Virus record (IMG/VR): IMGVR_UViG_3300031997_001804
Location: 1 to 30,445 of that record
Source: a virus
Taxonomy: Duplodnaviria > Caudoviricetes
Direction: 5' to 3' (one strand)
DNA length: 30,445 bases
The stretch's first letter is position 1; every line of letters starts with the position of its first letter. Under the pieces are notes generated by a model. That model searched no databases and was not told the DNA's origin. It worked only from the letters and a program-made list of their open reading frames with translations. This document shows positions 10,155 to 19,738 of the stretch, piece after piece. Position numbers and translations under genes: made by a program.

Positions 10155-12461
10155 TTATACTCCCGAGAAGATTTTATTGCTCGTGTCTGGTATGGGGTCC
10201 TTGGGGACTCGGCCCTCTATCCTTTTGTCAGTAGCCTTGTACTCGCTGTCGATCTTGGCACTAGTCTCTTTCCTAGGGCGACACGTTGAGATCGCAGCCA
10301 ACTCCTGTTCGGCCACTTTTGCCAGTTGGTAAACGCTGCCATTGTTGGCGTATTGGTCGAGGGCGGCTTCTATGGCCTTGGACAGTTCAACGATGGTGTC
10401 GCCATTAAGAGCTGGCCTTACTGGCGTTAGCCCAGTACGCCACATAAGAAAATGGGCAATGTCAGCTTTTACATTGTCTTGCAGGCTGTGTCTTAGCTTG
10501 ACCGTCAGGGCGAACGAGTCACCAAGCACCTTGTATGAGTTATCAGACGACCCCATAATTTCTTTCATTACCGTGGCCATCTCGTTGGCAGACAGTCGTC
10601 CAAGCTTGGCTTCGCGGTTCCAAAAGATATACTTAGAGATATTACCAAGGTCCTTGACTGACGACGTTACCACTCTTTGGAGGTTGGTTTGCGACAAGGC
10701 CCGCAGCGAGTTAATAAACTCAAGCTTTGCCTCCTGCATCTCGCCACCGCCCTCATTCTCGAAACTGCTTTTCCACTTACCAACCCGCTTGCGCAAGTCG
10801 GCATCGGCTTCCAGGTCCAGCATTTGGGCATCCAGGTCAACGTTTGAGGCCGCCGCCCATTGCCTGAGGTGAATTGGTACTCCCTTATCCGCCACTCGCT
10901 CGTACACGTCCAGCATGGACGTGTCAACACCTGACACTAACTCTTTGCGCCACTGAATGGTTGGTATGATGAGGTCTGAGTCTGGGATGTTTAGACTGTC
11001 CCGTTGTGATTTCGGGCCTTCGCTACCTTTTACTCTGATACCGTGGGCCAAGTGGGCTTCGCTGGTTTTGGTAAAGCCATGAATCCTAGCTAGGAGCGGA
11101 AACATCTTTGCATAGAAGATACGGCTAGTTAGCTGGTCTCTGAGGTAGGCGGCTCGCTCCATAAAGAAGGACCTAGCGGACTCCTGATTGGAATACGTCG
11201 CATCGCCGGATAACAAGGCGTCGTTAGCGCCCAAGGCTCTTAGCTTGCCCTCGTTAAGCAGTGACCACTCGTCGGCCCATTTATAGAAGTCGGTGCCAGA
11301 TCTTACCTCGTTGGTGTCCACACCGGTTCTTGTAACCACAACCGCACCAACCGGATCTTCGTCAGCCTGTATGAACATGCCGCCAATAGCATCCATCTCC
11401 TCAGAAGTAGGTTCCCACACGTTTTCGATACCAGTCTTAACGTGGAGTATTGGTCTACTTCTACGTCTAGCCGACGACACGGTAGCATTAATAAGAGCTT
11501 TCTCAAGCGCCCAGAAGGTGATCAGTCTAGTGAAAAGCGACGTACCAATGTAGTCAAAGTTAAATCGGCGCCGGGCAACAAACAGGGTGTTGATTGGGTC
11601 AAGCGGAATCGCGCCTCCGTTTCCACCGCCTCCACCACCGCCTCCACCCCATGCAGACACGCTAGAACCAGAAGCTCCGCGCACTGCTTTCAAATAGGCT
11701 TCTGGCAGCAGCTTTCTGGCTTCCACGTCACGCGGGTCTGTTGAGTCAACAAATGCTCTCATCGCTGGGGAAGGTATCAAGTCTATTTTTGGGTCATACC
11801 CCTTGATTGGTATTGGCTGCAATCTCACCAGGCCTGGATCATGAGACACCAGGTCGCGAAAAATGCCGCGTTCCTTATCAAAGATCCAAGACGATATCGT
11901 TCGCCCTAGGACGAGAAATTCGCGAGTGATGTCTGGCATTGTTGACATTACGTCAACAGATGACATAGACTCCATGTAAATGTTCTTAATTGTCGGGTCT
12001 TTGATCCCAACTAGATCAAAATCAGACCAAAGCATATCGGCCAAAAGATCTACCATGGTGCCAGCGATATAATCTCTGTGGTACATCAGCTTAAACATTT
12101 CGTCAAGGCCTGACGCATCACGAGGTATCCAGTCCTCGACTATTGACCCCTCGTCTAGCCGGTCGCGTACTGGGTTGTACCTGTCCACTATTGCAGACGA
12201 CCCGCTAGCACCGGACCCGCCAAACCCTACGGCTCCCCCACCGCCAGTGAAAATGCCACCAGCACCGCCTCCGCCTCCACCTGCTCCGCCGCCTCCGCCT
12301 CCGCCTCCGCCCATGCCGAAGCCACCACCACTGCCAGCACAATCAGCGGTAATTATCTTGCGCTGCCTAACTTTGCCGACAGATTTGCCGCCGAGCACCA
12401 CCATGGACCCGTCTTCATAATAACCAGGAGCTGGGTGCTCATTAAATCTTATCAGTGGCAT
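10155..12461 (-). CDS. Portal protein
   Basis: Large ORF downstream of terL. Contains GTSLFTRL and DALLSGDATYSNQESA (cf. portal TY.nae.a). Start moved to ATG 12461 (MPLIRF, GAGG SD). Confidence 0.75.
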   Translation of the reverse strand: MPLIRFNEHPAPGYYEDGSMVVLGGKSVGKVRQRKIITADCAGSGGGFGMGGGGGGGGGAGGGGGGAGGIFTGGGGAVGFGGSGASGSSAIVDRYNPVRDRLDEGSIVEDWIPRDASGLDEMFKLMYHRDYIAGTMVDLLADMLWSDFDLVGIKDPTIKNIYMESMSSVDVMSTMPDITREFLVLGRTISSWIFDKERGIFRDLVSHDPGLVRLQPIPIKGYDPKIDLIPSPAMRAFVDSTDPRDVEARKLLPEAYLKAVRGASGSSVSAWGGGGGGGGGNGGAIPLDPINTLFVARRRFNFDYIGTSLFTRLITFWALEKALINATVSSARRRSRPILHVKTGIENVWEPTSEEMDAIGGMFIQADEDPVGAVVVTRTGVDTNEVRSGTDFYKWADEWSLLNEGKLRALGANDALLSGDATYSNQESARSFFMERAAYLRDQLTSRIFYAKMFPLLARIHGFTKTSEAHLAHGIRVKGSEGPKSQRDSLNIPDSDLIIPTIQWRKELVSGVDTSMLDVYERVADKGVPIHLRQWAAASNVDLDAQMLDLEADADLRKRVGKWKSSFENEGGGEMQEAKLEFINSLRALSQTNLQRVVTSSVKDLGNISKYIFWNREAKLGRLSANEMATVMKEIMGSSDNSYKVLGDSFALTVKLRHSLQDNVKADIAHFLMWRTGLTPVRPALNGDTIVELSKAIEAALDQYANNGSVYQLAKVAEQELAAISTCRPRKETSAKIDSEYKATDKRIEGRVPKDPIPDTSNKIFSGV
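12200..12335 (-). repeat. Gly-rich low-complexity tract with GGAGGC/GGCGGA repeats in the portal N-terminus
   Basis: Runs of ccgcct on the + strand encode GSGGGFGMGGGGGGGGGAGGGGGGAGG; a second poly-Gly tract lies at about 11610-11650. Confidence 0.9.
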
Positions 12462-12475
12462 AAGTAGGCCTCGTG

Positions 12476-12820
12476 TTAGTTGACAATCGCAGGAGTAACA
12501 ACTGTGTGAGAACGGCAGTAATAAGCCTTGCGACCCCGCATCAGAGTGATTGGTTGGCCGGGCTGTTGGCAAAGCGGACAAAGCTCATTGGCTGCAACAA
12601 CTTTTAGCTTATTTTCCTGCTCTATCGGATTGGTCCGCCAAGATTCTACCAGAGACGTCACGGCAGCGTCCCACTCGATGGCTCCCCAATCAGCTTGCGC
12701 TCTCTTTTGGAGAATCTCAGCTGCCCGACTTACCTCAGCCGATGTAAGGTTTATGTTTCTGATCTTTGAGACCGATGACACCACTGTGGCTACGGCGGTA
12801 ATTCTTGGTTGTTTTTGCAT
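12476..12820 (-). CDS. Small zinc-ribbon protein between terminase and portal
   Basis: CPLC...YYCRSH; GAGGG SD. Confidence 0.65.
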   Translation of the reverse strand: MQKQPRITAVATVVSSVSKIRNINLTSAEVSRAAEILQKRAQADWGAIEWDAAVTSLVESWRTNPIEQENKLKVVAANELCPLCQQPGQPITLMRGRKAYYCRSHTVVTPAIVN

Positions 12821-12859
12821 CTCTGCCCTCTGTGTATAGACTAATACAAAAATAGCTAT

Positions 12860-15859
12860 TCATCGGTTACGCTGCCTAGAAAAGGCAGCACCTATCCCAT
12901 CAACAGTAACTTTGCCGCCACTAAGGCCTCCCATTTTGGCACTTCTTGGCTTAACTGTTCCTACCGCTCTGGCTGATGCCATTTGGGCTGCAACGGTCCC
13001 TTGCATAGTCAACTTGATACTAGGGTCGAACAACTTCACCACTCCTAGACAGAAAGCTCTGAAGATGTCGTCATCGCCTTGCAACGGCTTCATCATCCTG
13101 TGCCCATTGTCCCTAACCGTAAGCAACTGGATGCAGAGCGCACCTACTGGATTACTCTGCCATTGAGGACTGTCGGAAACGTAATCTGATATAATTTCCT
13201 GGATTGGCTTGTGCAGTTTTGGTATTGTTACAGCCTCAGAATTAATGTACCCCCTGACCGAGTCCATGTCTTTGTACGACAAGGAGTACACTTCGGCTGT
13301 TACCCCAAGGGCACGAAGTCTCTCAATCTGGTCAAGAGACTGCCAACGGTCAAAGAACACATATTTGACGTTTAGAGACTTTACCAATGGTTCCGTAAAG
13401 TTATCATATACGTCAGCAATGTTAATACGGATCTTTGCTGCTGGGTTTGGCGTTATGGCCAGTACGAACTCTAAGGTCGGCTTCCCACCAGTAAGGTTGA
13501 AAATGCATGCAGCCAACCCATTTTTGGTGGTACCAAGGTCAAAGGTCACCATTCTTGGTGTACCACGATTTGCGTTATGCATGCGCAACCGTGCCGATTT
13601 GAATTTGTTAGTGTCATCAAGTATTTCCACCGTGTCGTAATCAGTGGTAACAGGCCCTTTTGCTATGCGAGTCAACATCATTTCGTCAGACATGAATGGG
13701 CTCTGGGCCAACGGTGGCTCTACACCAAAGTCCCGCATAAATATTGACTCTTCGACGTGGTTAAACTCAGCCCTAAGCGTTTCGTACGTATAGTCAGGAT
13801 TGCATAGCCAAGAAGGCAGTTGTACCGCTAGAATCTTTGTATTTTTGTTAGCGTCCTTAAGCAGCCTCATAATTTTGTCTTTGGCTGACGATGGGGACGA
13901 CACGTTGGCCATCAAGATTGGCGGGGCGTCGTATTCGCCACGGGTCAGCAGAATTCGGTATTTCATTCTCATGGTAGCCAGGGAGTTGGACAGGGCTGTA
14001 TAGACGGCATCGGCATTCATGTTTTGCAAGTCTGGTTTGGAATCGTCCATAATAAACCAGCCAAGCTCATCTATCGCCGCGAAGATTCTGGTTTTGCCTC
14101 GCATCTTCCGGTCCTGAGAACCCGTGCAGTGCCACAGCATCTGCTTGTGCGTGTACAGAATCGAGTTCTTCAGATCGTGCAGAAGTTCAACGCCTAGGCG
14201 CTTCTCCTCACTTCTTAGGAAGCTGTGGTACTGGGAGAACCACGGAGAGCCGCTGATAAATCCCTTGTACGACTCCCACAGGGTTTGCGACGCCTGCTCC
14301 AGTGTTAAGGCAGAGAAAGTACCAAGAAGAAGCTCTCCGGTTGGTTGTCCGAAGTACCGCAGCGGGTTTGGTACTTTAAGGAACCTGTGGGTAATGTACG
14401 AGGCCAGGAGACCTACTAGCTTCGTCTTGCCAGAATTGTGATGCAGGAATCCGTCACCTGTGTAAACGTTGCTGCCTGGAATACTAACGTCCATCATTGG
14501 AACTGCTGAAGCCTCGACAATGCTCGTAATGGGAGCTGGTATAAGTCCTTGGCTGGTTATGTCACTCTGAGTGTTGGGCACCTCTGGGACAACTGATTTT
14601 ATTAGCCTGTCCTTATCATTCTCAGCCAAATTTACCAAGGAAGCAAATACGCTAACAAAACTCGGGTCACTAGTAGTAATCATGTGGTAACCGCTAGGCA
14701 GCTGCGCGTACCTTGCCGCTATTCCGAAACTCAGCAATATGATTCTTGCTTGCTTAATAAGTAACTCAGACGCACTAATACACCTAAGACTAATTGCACC
14801 GTTGGTATCCTTGTATACACTGTTTGCCTCTCCAAACAAACCTGCCAAAAACTCGGCTTGTACCTCTTTTGGAGATTGCATGATGTACTGCGGAATTTTG
14901 TTGCGCCTAGTAGCAACGTCGAGGCCAATAAAATCCAGCCATTTGCAGATTAATTCAGCATTTTCCGTTAGGTGCAGCTGCGCAAAAACTGATAAATTGC
15001 ACCGTCTAATATCATAGGTTACTTCTGCACAAAGAGATGCACAATCAGACACCAGATAACCAGTTAATCTTGCCAACTCATTTGTTACTTCACTGGGAAA
15101 ACCGGCCATACCAAAACGCGGCAATTTGTAACGAGTCTCTGGCCAGAAACCGCATGAGTTTAACAACAAAACGTCGCCAACAACCAACTCTTTGATTGGT
15201 TTGTATACTATTTCGTCACCAACCTTAGTAGCTACAATATGGCTGTTCTTGGCTCCCCTAAGAGCCCAATCATGTTCGGTCTTGATTTCCAACATATCCT
15301 GAGTGCCGGAGTCAAATATTTCTGACACGACACCATGGGAAAGCAAGTCTCCCACCTTTACTTGTTCAATTGGTATGATGCCACGACCAGTATAAACAAG
15401 AGTGTCTTTTGGGACGCAGCGCTGGCCCATGGCGCCAACCAGTTCATTTTTGATTTCAATGTCAAACTCGTTGGCCAGCTCGATACGGTTTGAACGGCAC
15501 TTGGGGCAAACGCCGTGAACTAGGAATTGTATATTGTCCTTGATGTTACCTATCGTTTGGTCGAACAGGGTGTTAATGTAGCCAGGGTTTGAGCACCTAG
15601 GGCACCAATCCTGGCATAGTTTGACACCAATCTCTATCTGCTTAGGCAACACGGTAGTATTGGCAAATTTTGGTTCAATAGACCAGTCTAGGAAGTTCGG
15701 TGCTTTGGCAAAGTCTCGTTCGTCAACTTTGTCAAATACTGATGGGTCAAGGTTAGAGTTCTTTAGCTCTTCGAATATCTCGAAAGGCGAGAATTTTTTC
15801 TTTTCTGCCTTGCTTTTGCTGGTCTTGACACTCTTTTGGTCCGTCATCACATGTTCCAA
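12860..15859 (-). CDS. terL: Terminase large subunit with intein (start may be ATG 15847)
   Basis: After splicing, Walker A is GQRSGKT. Also MRGKTRIFAAIDELGWF (Walker B), SSPS, nuclease TFDLG, FDRWQS and DDIFRA; N-terminal CPRC/CPKC. Confidence 0.92.
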   Translation of the reverse strand: MEHVMTDQKSVKTSKSKAEKKKFSPFEIFEELKNSNLDPSVFDKVDERDFAKAPNFLDWSIEPKFANTTVLPKQIEIGVKLCQDWCPRCSNPGYINTLFDQTIGNIKDNIQFLVHGVCPKCRSNRIELANEFDIEIKNELVGAMGQRCVPKDTLVYTGRGIIPIEQVKVGDLLSHGVVSEIFDSGTQDMLEIKTEHDWALRGAKNSHIVATKVGDEIVYKPIKELVVGDVLLLNSCGFWPETRYKLPRFGMAGFPSEVTNELARLTGYLVSDCASLCAEVTYDIRRCNLSVFAQLHLTENAELICKWLDFIGLDVATRRNKIPQYIMQSPKEVQAEFLAGLFGEANSVYKDTNGAISLRCISASELLIKQARIILLSFGIAARYAQLPSGYHMITTSDPSFVSVFASLVNLAENDKDRLIKSVVPEVPNTQSDITSQGLIPAPITSIVEASAVPMMDVSIPGSNVYTGDGFLHHNSGKTKLVGLLASYITHRFLKVPNPLRYFGQPTGELLLGTFSALTLEQASQTLWESYKGFISGSPWFSQYHSFLRSEEKRLGVELLHDLKNSILYTHKQMLWHCTGSQDRKMRGKTRIFAAIDELGWFIMDDSKPDLQNMNADAVYTALSNSLATMRMKYRILLTRGEYDAPPILMANVSSPSSAKDKIMRLLKDANKNTKILAVQLPSWLCNPDYTYETLRAEFNHVEESIFMRDFGVEPPLAQSPFMSDEMMLTRIAKGPVTTDYDTVEILDDTNKFKSARLRMHNANRGTPRMVTFDLGTTKNGLAACIFNLTGGKPTLEFVLAITPNPAAKIRINIADVYDNFTEPLVKSLNVKYVFFDRWQSLDQIERLRALGVTAEVYSLSYKDMDSVRGYINSEAVTIPKLHKPIQEIISDYVSDSPQWQSNPVGALCIQLLTVRDNGHRMMKPLQGDDDIFRAFCLGVVKLFDPSIKLTMQGTVAAQMASARAVGTVKPRSAKMGGLSGGKVTVDGIGAAFSRQRNR
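14435..15418 (-). mobile_element. Intein (328 aa) with degenerate LAGLIDADG domain
   Basis: Begins CVPKDTLV, ends YTGDGFLHHN followed by +1 Ser. Block B-like GAKNSH; LAGLIDADG-like TGYLVSDC and FLAGLFGEANSV. Confidence 0.93.
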
Positions 15860-15952
15860 TACTGCAGGCCGACAGCCACTCGTCAGCCAAATCAGCCAAT
15901 TGTAAGTCTTTTAGGTCGCGCCAAATACGCATGTTATCAACTTTTACTACTT

Positions 15953-16507
15953 TCACCTCTTAATTCCCAACGTTTTCTTCAATGATTTTTCTAGGTCATC
16001 ATAAATTCGCTGGGTCTCGGGCTGAACAGAATTAGTCATACGGGTAAACAGGTCGTCTATTGTCGAAAGGTCTTCCGGGTGCATGGCAACCCATTGCCTC
16101 TTGACCTTATCTATTTCTATGGCCATAGCTCTTACCATTGCTACAAACATAGTATGAATTTTGGCATCTATCTCAGACAAAATCTCATCCGGATCTTTCA
16201 TTTTCTCCAACTGCGCCAAAGCCGATTTGTGGGCGTTGGTTAGCGCTGCCAACTGGTACGCATTATCTGGAATTGGTTTGTTTCTGTATGTGTCGGCTGC
16301 GATAGCTGCACACTCGGCCAGATAGTCTACGGAAAGCTCTAGTACCTCTAGCTTGGTCCGGCACCCACCGATCCTGTCCTGATACTCTGATCCTAGTCCC
16401 ATTATGACCGATTCTACTGAAGAAGGGAATAACGTTGGTGGTAACATTTGTCCGTCAGAAAATTCACCAACCACAAGGTCTTGGATTATTTTGTTTGCAG
16501 GTCTCAT
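15953..16507 (-). CDS. Helical protein, candidate terminase small subunit
   Basis: 184 aa, coiled-coil-like, immediately upstream of terL; function inferred from position. Confidence 0.45.
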   Translation of the reverse strand: MRPANKIIQDLVVGEFSDGQMLPPTLFPSSVESVIMGLGSEYQDRIGGCRTKLEVLELSVDYLAECAAIAADTYRNKPIPDNAYQLAALTNAHKSALAQLEKMKDPDEILSEIDAKIHTMFVAMVRAMAIEIDKVKRQWVAMHPEDLSTIDDLFTRMTNSVQPETQRIYDDLEKSLKKTLGIKR

Positions 16508-16562
16508 TTTGTGGCCACCTAAATGCTGGAGCGTTATGTCATGCTGTTCAGGTAGGAAACTT

Positions 16563-16793
16563 ATGCCTAATATGTTTGATCAGGCTAAAAATTTCATGCT
16601 GACAGCTGCCAATGTTATGGCTGGTGCTGCTTCTAGTGGTAAAATAACCGCATCTTCTGACGTAGTGGAAAAGCGACTGGCAGCTTGTCATGCCTGCCCT
16701 CATCTTAGCCGAAACAGGTGCACCGTCTGCGGGTGCTACCTGAACATCAAAACCGGCCTCAAGGCAGCTGATTGCCCATTGAAAAAGTGGTGA
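16563..16793 (+). CDS. Small Cys-rich protein (DUF6171-like)
   Basis: EKRLAACHACPHL...CTVCGCYL..KT.L....CPLKKW; start moved to ATG 16563 (AGGTAGG upstream). Confidence 0.65.
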   Translation: MPNMFDQAKNFMLTAANVMAGAASSGKITASSDVVEKRLAACHACPHLSRNRCTVCGCYLNIKTGLKAADCPLKKW

Positions 16794-17201
16794 CTACCTT
16801 TTCCCAATCAGTTTCATGAACTCTTCTTTTCCCATTCCCTCAGTAGACACAATCTTTTCGTTATTGCTTGGCGTGTAACCTTCCACCGAAGAACTAGTCT
16901 CTTTCTTCTCGGTACTGCCAATACCGAACACTGATGACACATAGCTAACAACATTCGGGTTAATCGCCATGGACAGTGGTACCAGAATTTTGTCTGGTGG
17001 AACCGAATTGCCTTTGCCGACTGCCGGGGTGACATCATCGCGAGTCCACACGACCCCCAAAATCGACGCTAGGTAGCTGTGCTGTTTCTCGGTAGCTAGG
17101 TCCTGATAGTGATATATAAAAGCAATTTCCTCTTCAGACATGCTGTTTATGTCACTCACTGTGTACCCGCCGCGAGCCATAACCATTCCTCGGACATACA
17201 A
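16794..17201 (-). CDS. Probable frameshift-extension half (gpT-like) of tail assembly chaperone
   Basis: Weak TTG start with no clear SD. The frame is open upstream to the slippery site at 17231-17237. SDINSMSEEEIAF resembles gpGT-type extensions. Confidence 0.55.
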   Translation of the reverse strand: MYVRGMVMARGGYTVSDINSMSEEEIAFIYHYQDLATEKQHSYLASILGVVWTRDDVTPAVGKGNSVPPDKILVPLSMAINPNVVSYVSSVFGIGSTEKKETSSSVEGYTPSNNEKIVSTEGMGKEEFMKLIGKR

Positions 17202-17224
17202 TTCAGGAATTGACTCAGCGGCCT

Positions 17225-18157
17225 TTAGACCAAAGGGAGGTCACCGCCACCCCATTCGATGCCCTTAACCAAGTGGACACCGTGGATTTTGCAAAAATAC
17301 GGCTTGTCCTGCTGTGGGCGCAAGAAGTCTATGTTATTACAGCCGTCAATAGGACACACATACCGCTCAAGTTGCGCTTGTTCGTTCTCGTATGAGCTTG
17401 TTACCTTGTTTTCCTTAGCGATAACGTCTTCATAGAAGTTCCACAGCTTGTCTGCCACCGGACCTAGGTCAGACCAGAAAAGCTCGGCCAAAACCTTTCC
17501 GCAAGCTTTTCTTACTCTTATTGGAATGTTCTTAGGATCGCGGTCAAGAATGGCTTGCTCCTCTGGTGCGATAGCCACTCCGAACACTATCCACACTGGC
17601 TCGTTATCAATAGCAATCACTGACGCTGACACGAACAGGTTTTGGAAGTAGGCAAATGTGCCTTCGTTCCCTAGGCCCTTAGTCTTAGACTCAGCAAGAG
17701 CCCAAGCCGTGGTTTCCTCTGGGAGCTGAGTCAGTTCGTACGACACTTTCTGTCCGTCGTGACTAGAGAACAGGTCCAGCTTGTACGACTTAGTTTTGGA
17801 CAAGCCAAAGACTCTCAACATTTTGGACAACACCGGATGAGCCAGGGCCAACTCTTCTTGTTTTTGGCCACGTTGGGCTGGTGCTGGTGCCACAGGAGCC
17901 GCCGCTTGGGGTTGGGTTGGCTGAGGCGGTGGCGGTGGAGCTACCTGTGGCGATTCAGCCCTGTCTATGATAGCTATTCCATCAGAGTCGTAATCAAGGG
18001 GAACAGATCTAGCTACGATGTCTCCGGCCATTGTTTTTGAGATCTCTGCTAGGTTCCTGTCGGCAATCTTTTTCCTAGCTTCGTCTCGCTGGGACTTAGA
18101 CTTGTCGGCGACCTTCTCGTCCCTCACGTTGTATCCGGGCGGTAGTCCTTGTTCCAT
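17225..18157 (-). CDS. Probable tail assembly chaperone (gpG-like) with C-terminal Zn knuckle
   Basis: Start ATG 18157 (MEQGLPP, GAGG SD). SVIAIDNEPV, VADKLWNFY, CPIDGC...CKIH; ends at a slippery heptamer. Confidence 0.55.
   Translation of the reverse strand: MEQGLPPGYNVRDEKVADKSKSQRDEARKKIADRNLAEISKTMAGDIVARSVPLDYDSDGIAIIDRAESPQVAPPPPPQPTQPQAAAPVAPAPAQRGQKQEELALAHPVLSKMLRVFGLSKTKSYKLDLFSSHDGQKVSYELTQLPEETTAWALAESKTKGLGNEGTFAYFQNLFVSASVIAIDNEPVWIVFGVAIAPEEQAILDRDPKNIPIRVRKACGKVLAELFWSDLGPVADKLWNFYEDVIAKENKVTSSYENEQAQLERYVCPIDGCNNIDFLRPQQDKPYFCKIHGVHLVKGIEWGGGDLPLV
17231..17237 (-). promoter_or_regulatory. -1 programmed frameshift slippery site C CCT TTG
   Basis: In-frame X XXY YYZ one codon before TAA; the -1 frame reads FGLKAAESIPELYVRGMVM straight into the next ORF. 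Confidence 0.75.
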
Positions 18158-18186
18158 ATAATCCTCGCATTTAGGTTCAGTCGCTT

Positions 18187-18393
18187 TTATGCAAAAAATT
18201 TGGAGATTAGTTTGTCTATCATTGCGGCTGTTAGGTCGCACGGCATGCCATTGGCTGCGTCTAATACGTCAATATTAAATCTTTTCAAATCGCGTTCGGA
18301 ACCAAACACTATTTGCATTTTGGTGCTTCCTGCGCGATAGCAATAGATTGGTATTAGCACTGCGTTGTCAGACGCTGCTAACTCTGGTATCAT
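18187..18393 (-). CDS. Hypothetical protein
   Basis: 3' part of track ORF 18187..18549; ATG 18393 avoids overlap with the PhaR-like gene. Confidence 0.4.
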   Translation of the reverse strand: MIPELAASDNAVLIPIYCYRAGSTKMQIVFGSERDLKRFNIDVLDAANGMPCDLTAAMIDKLISKFFA

Positions 18394-18422
18394 TGTTGAC
18401 ACATCAAGTGGCGAATGATACG

Positions 18423-18734
18423 CTATGCCAATGGCTGCTTCTTCGCCTTTTTCTTGCTTTGTCCCCTCAGCATCGACACCGTCGTGTCCAGAGCATCCTT
18501 CACTTCCTGCATATCTGTCTGCTTGGCTATTGCTTGCGCTATTGTCCAATGTGTAATATCCTTGCCTATGTGGTCAACAACTCTAAAGTCCACCCCGTTT
18601 ACTATCATGTCAAAAATGGCTTTATATTGAATGTACTTGAAGTGCACAGTGTCGTATAGTTTACGATTCTTGTATCTTCTAATACGTATTTTATTCAAAT
18701 ATTCACCAACTGACCTATCTGCTACCGCTTTCAT
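18423..18734 (-). CDS. PhaR-like (PHB_acc_N) DNA-binding regulator
   Basis: IRRYKNRKLYDT...YI....IFDMIVNGVDFRVVD..GKDIT..TIAQAI matches the PhaR N-terminal domain pattern (IKKY.NR.LY.T...YvTl.dl..mv..G.df.V.D...G.DiT...L.Qii). Confidence 0.8.
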   Translation of the reverse strand: MKAVADRSVGEYLNKIRIRRYKNRKLYDTVHFKYIQYKAIFDMIVNGVDFRVVDHIGKDITHWTIAQAIAKQTDMQEVKDALDTTVSMLRGQSKKKAKKQPLA

Positions 18735-19738
18735 CCTTGCTCCGTTCCTGTCAACAGTTTTTCCACCCAGTCCACTGCGTAACTATGGTAAGATTCTGGT
18801 ATTCCCTTGTCCAAGAGATAGGTGTCTAAGCCCTCAGTAATTGGCTTAATACCACCATCTACGCCAGCGTCTAATTCGTCATAGCTGGTATTAACCACTT
18901 GGGAAAACCCACTAGCCTTCATTATCTCATTAGCATTACCTCTGACCTGATAATACGCGTCGTCTGTAATCTGCGACACTGATGATACCACGCGCATTGG
19001 TTTTGACGCAATTGGTATAAAATGAGGCTCGCAGGGACTGGCTAGATCAACAGCCAAAATCCCTTTGCTATGCTGGTCTAGAAATTTGAACTGCGCAGGA
19101 GCACCAGCGTACCACCCGTTATCCAAGTTAGTTTTTTGCACTTTATGAATATCGCCAACTGCCCAATAAGTAATTTCTGGCATGTTTGGCAGTGAGGTGC
19201 CGCCAGGAATAACAAATCCGTTATCGGCTAGTGCGCCCTTTATACACTCGTGAAGAATCACCACCTTCTTATCGCTGGTCATTTGCAAAAGATGGGCGGT
19301 AACGATCGCTCTTATCTGGTTCTCTTCGTAGTTACGCCACGGAATGGCCAAGTACGACACTCCCAGCATATTTACCACGCGTGGAGACCACGCTACCATT
19401 CTCACATACTTTAGCGGCATATGCGAGAATTCCATCATCTGCGTAAACTCACCGTACAGATGGTCGTGATTGCCATCTATAAAGATGCTGTGTACTTCGT
19501 TTTCCTCCAGATAGCCAATCCACCTAGCCGCTAACCACCGTTCCTCGTGCTTGGTAGACTTAAGATGGAAAAGGTCTCCAGTCATTAGCAACGGCAGTTT
19601 ATTGGCTATTGCTAAGTTGGCTATTTGCCACAAAACCTTCTCGTGCCTGTCCAGGTAGTCTGGCAAGGCTCGGCATTCACCGATGTGAATGTCACCGGTT
19701 TGCAAAAAGTGAGGAGTCAATACGCTGGGCAATTTCAT
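18731..19738 (-). CDS. SbcD/Mre11-like metallophosphoesterase nuclease
   Basis: TGDIHIG, TGDLFH, GNHDH, LHE, GDIHK, YAGAP. Confidence 0.88.
   Translation of the reverse strand: MKLPSVLTPHFLQTGDIHIGECRALPDYLDRHEKVLWQIANLAIANKLPLLMTGDLFHLKSTKHEERWLAARWIGYLEENEVHSIFIDGNHDHLYGEFTQMMEFSHMPLKYVRMVAWSPRVVNMLGVSYLAIPWRNYEENQIRAIVTAHLLQMTSDKKVVILHECIKGALADNGFVIPGGTSLPNMPEITYWAVGDIHKVQKTNLDNGWYAGAPAQFKFLDQHSKGILAVDLASPCEPHFIPIASKPMRVVSSVSQITDDAYYQVRGNANEIMKASGFSQVVNTSYDELDAGVDGGIKPITEGLDTYLLDKGIPESYHSYAVDWVEKLLTGTEQG

Noticed and set aside
12175-12420. Poly-Pro plus-strand ORF
   Set aside because: It is the antisense of the portal Gly tract.
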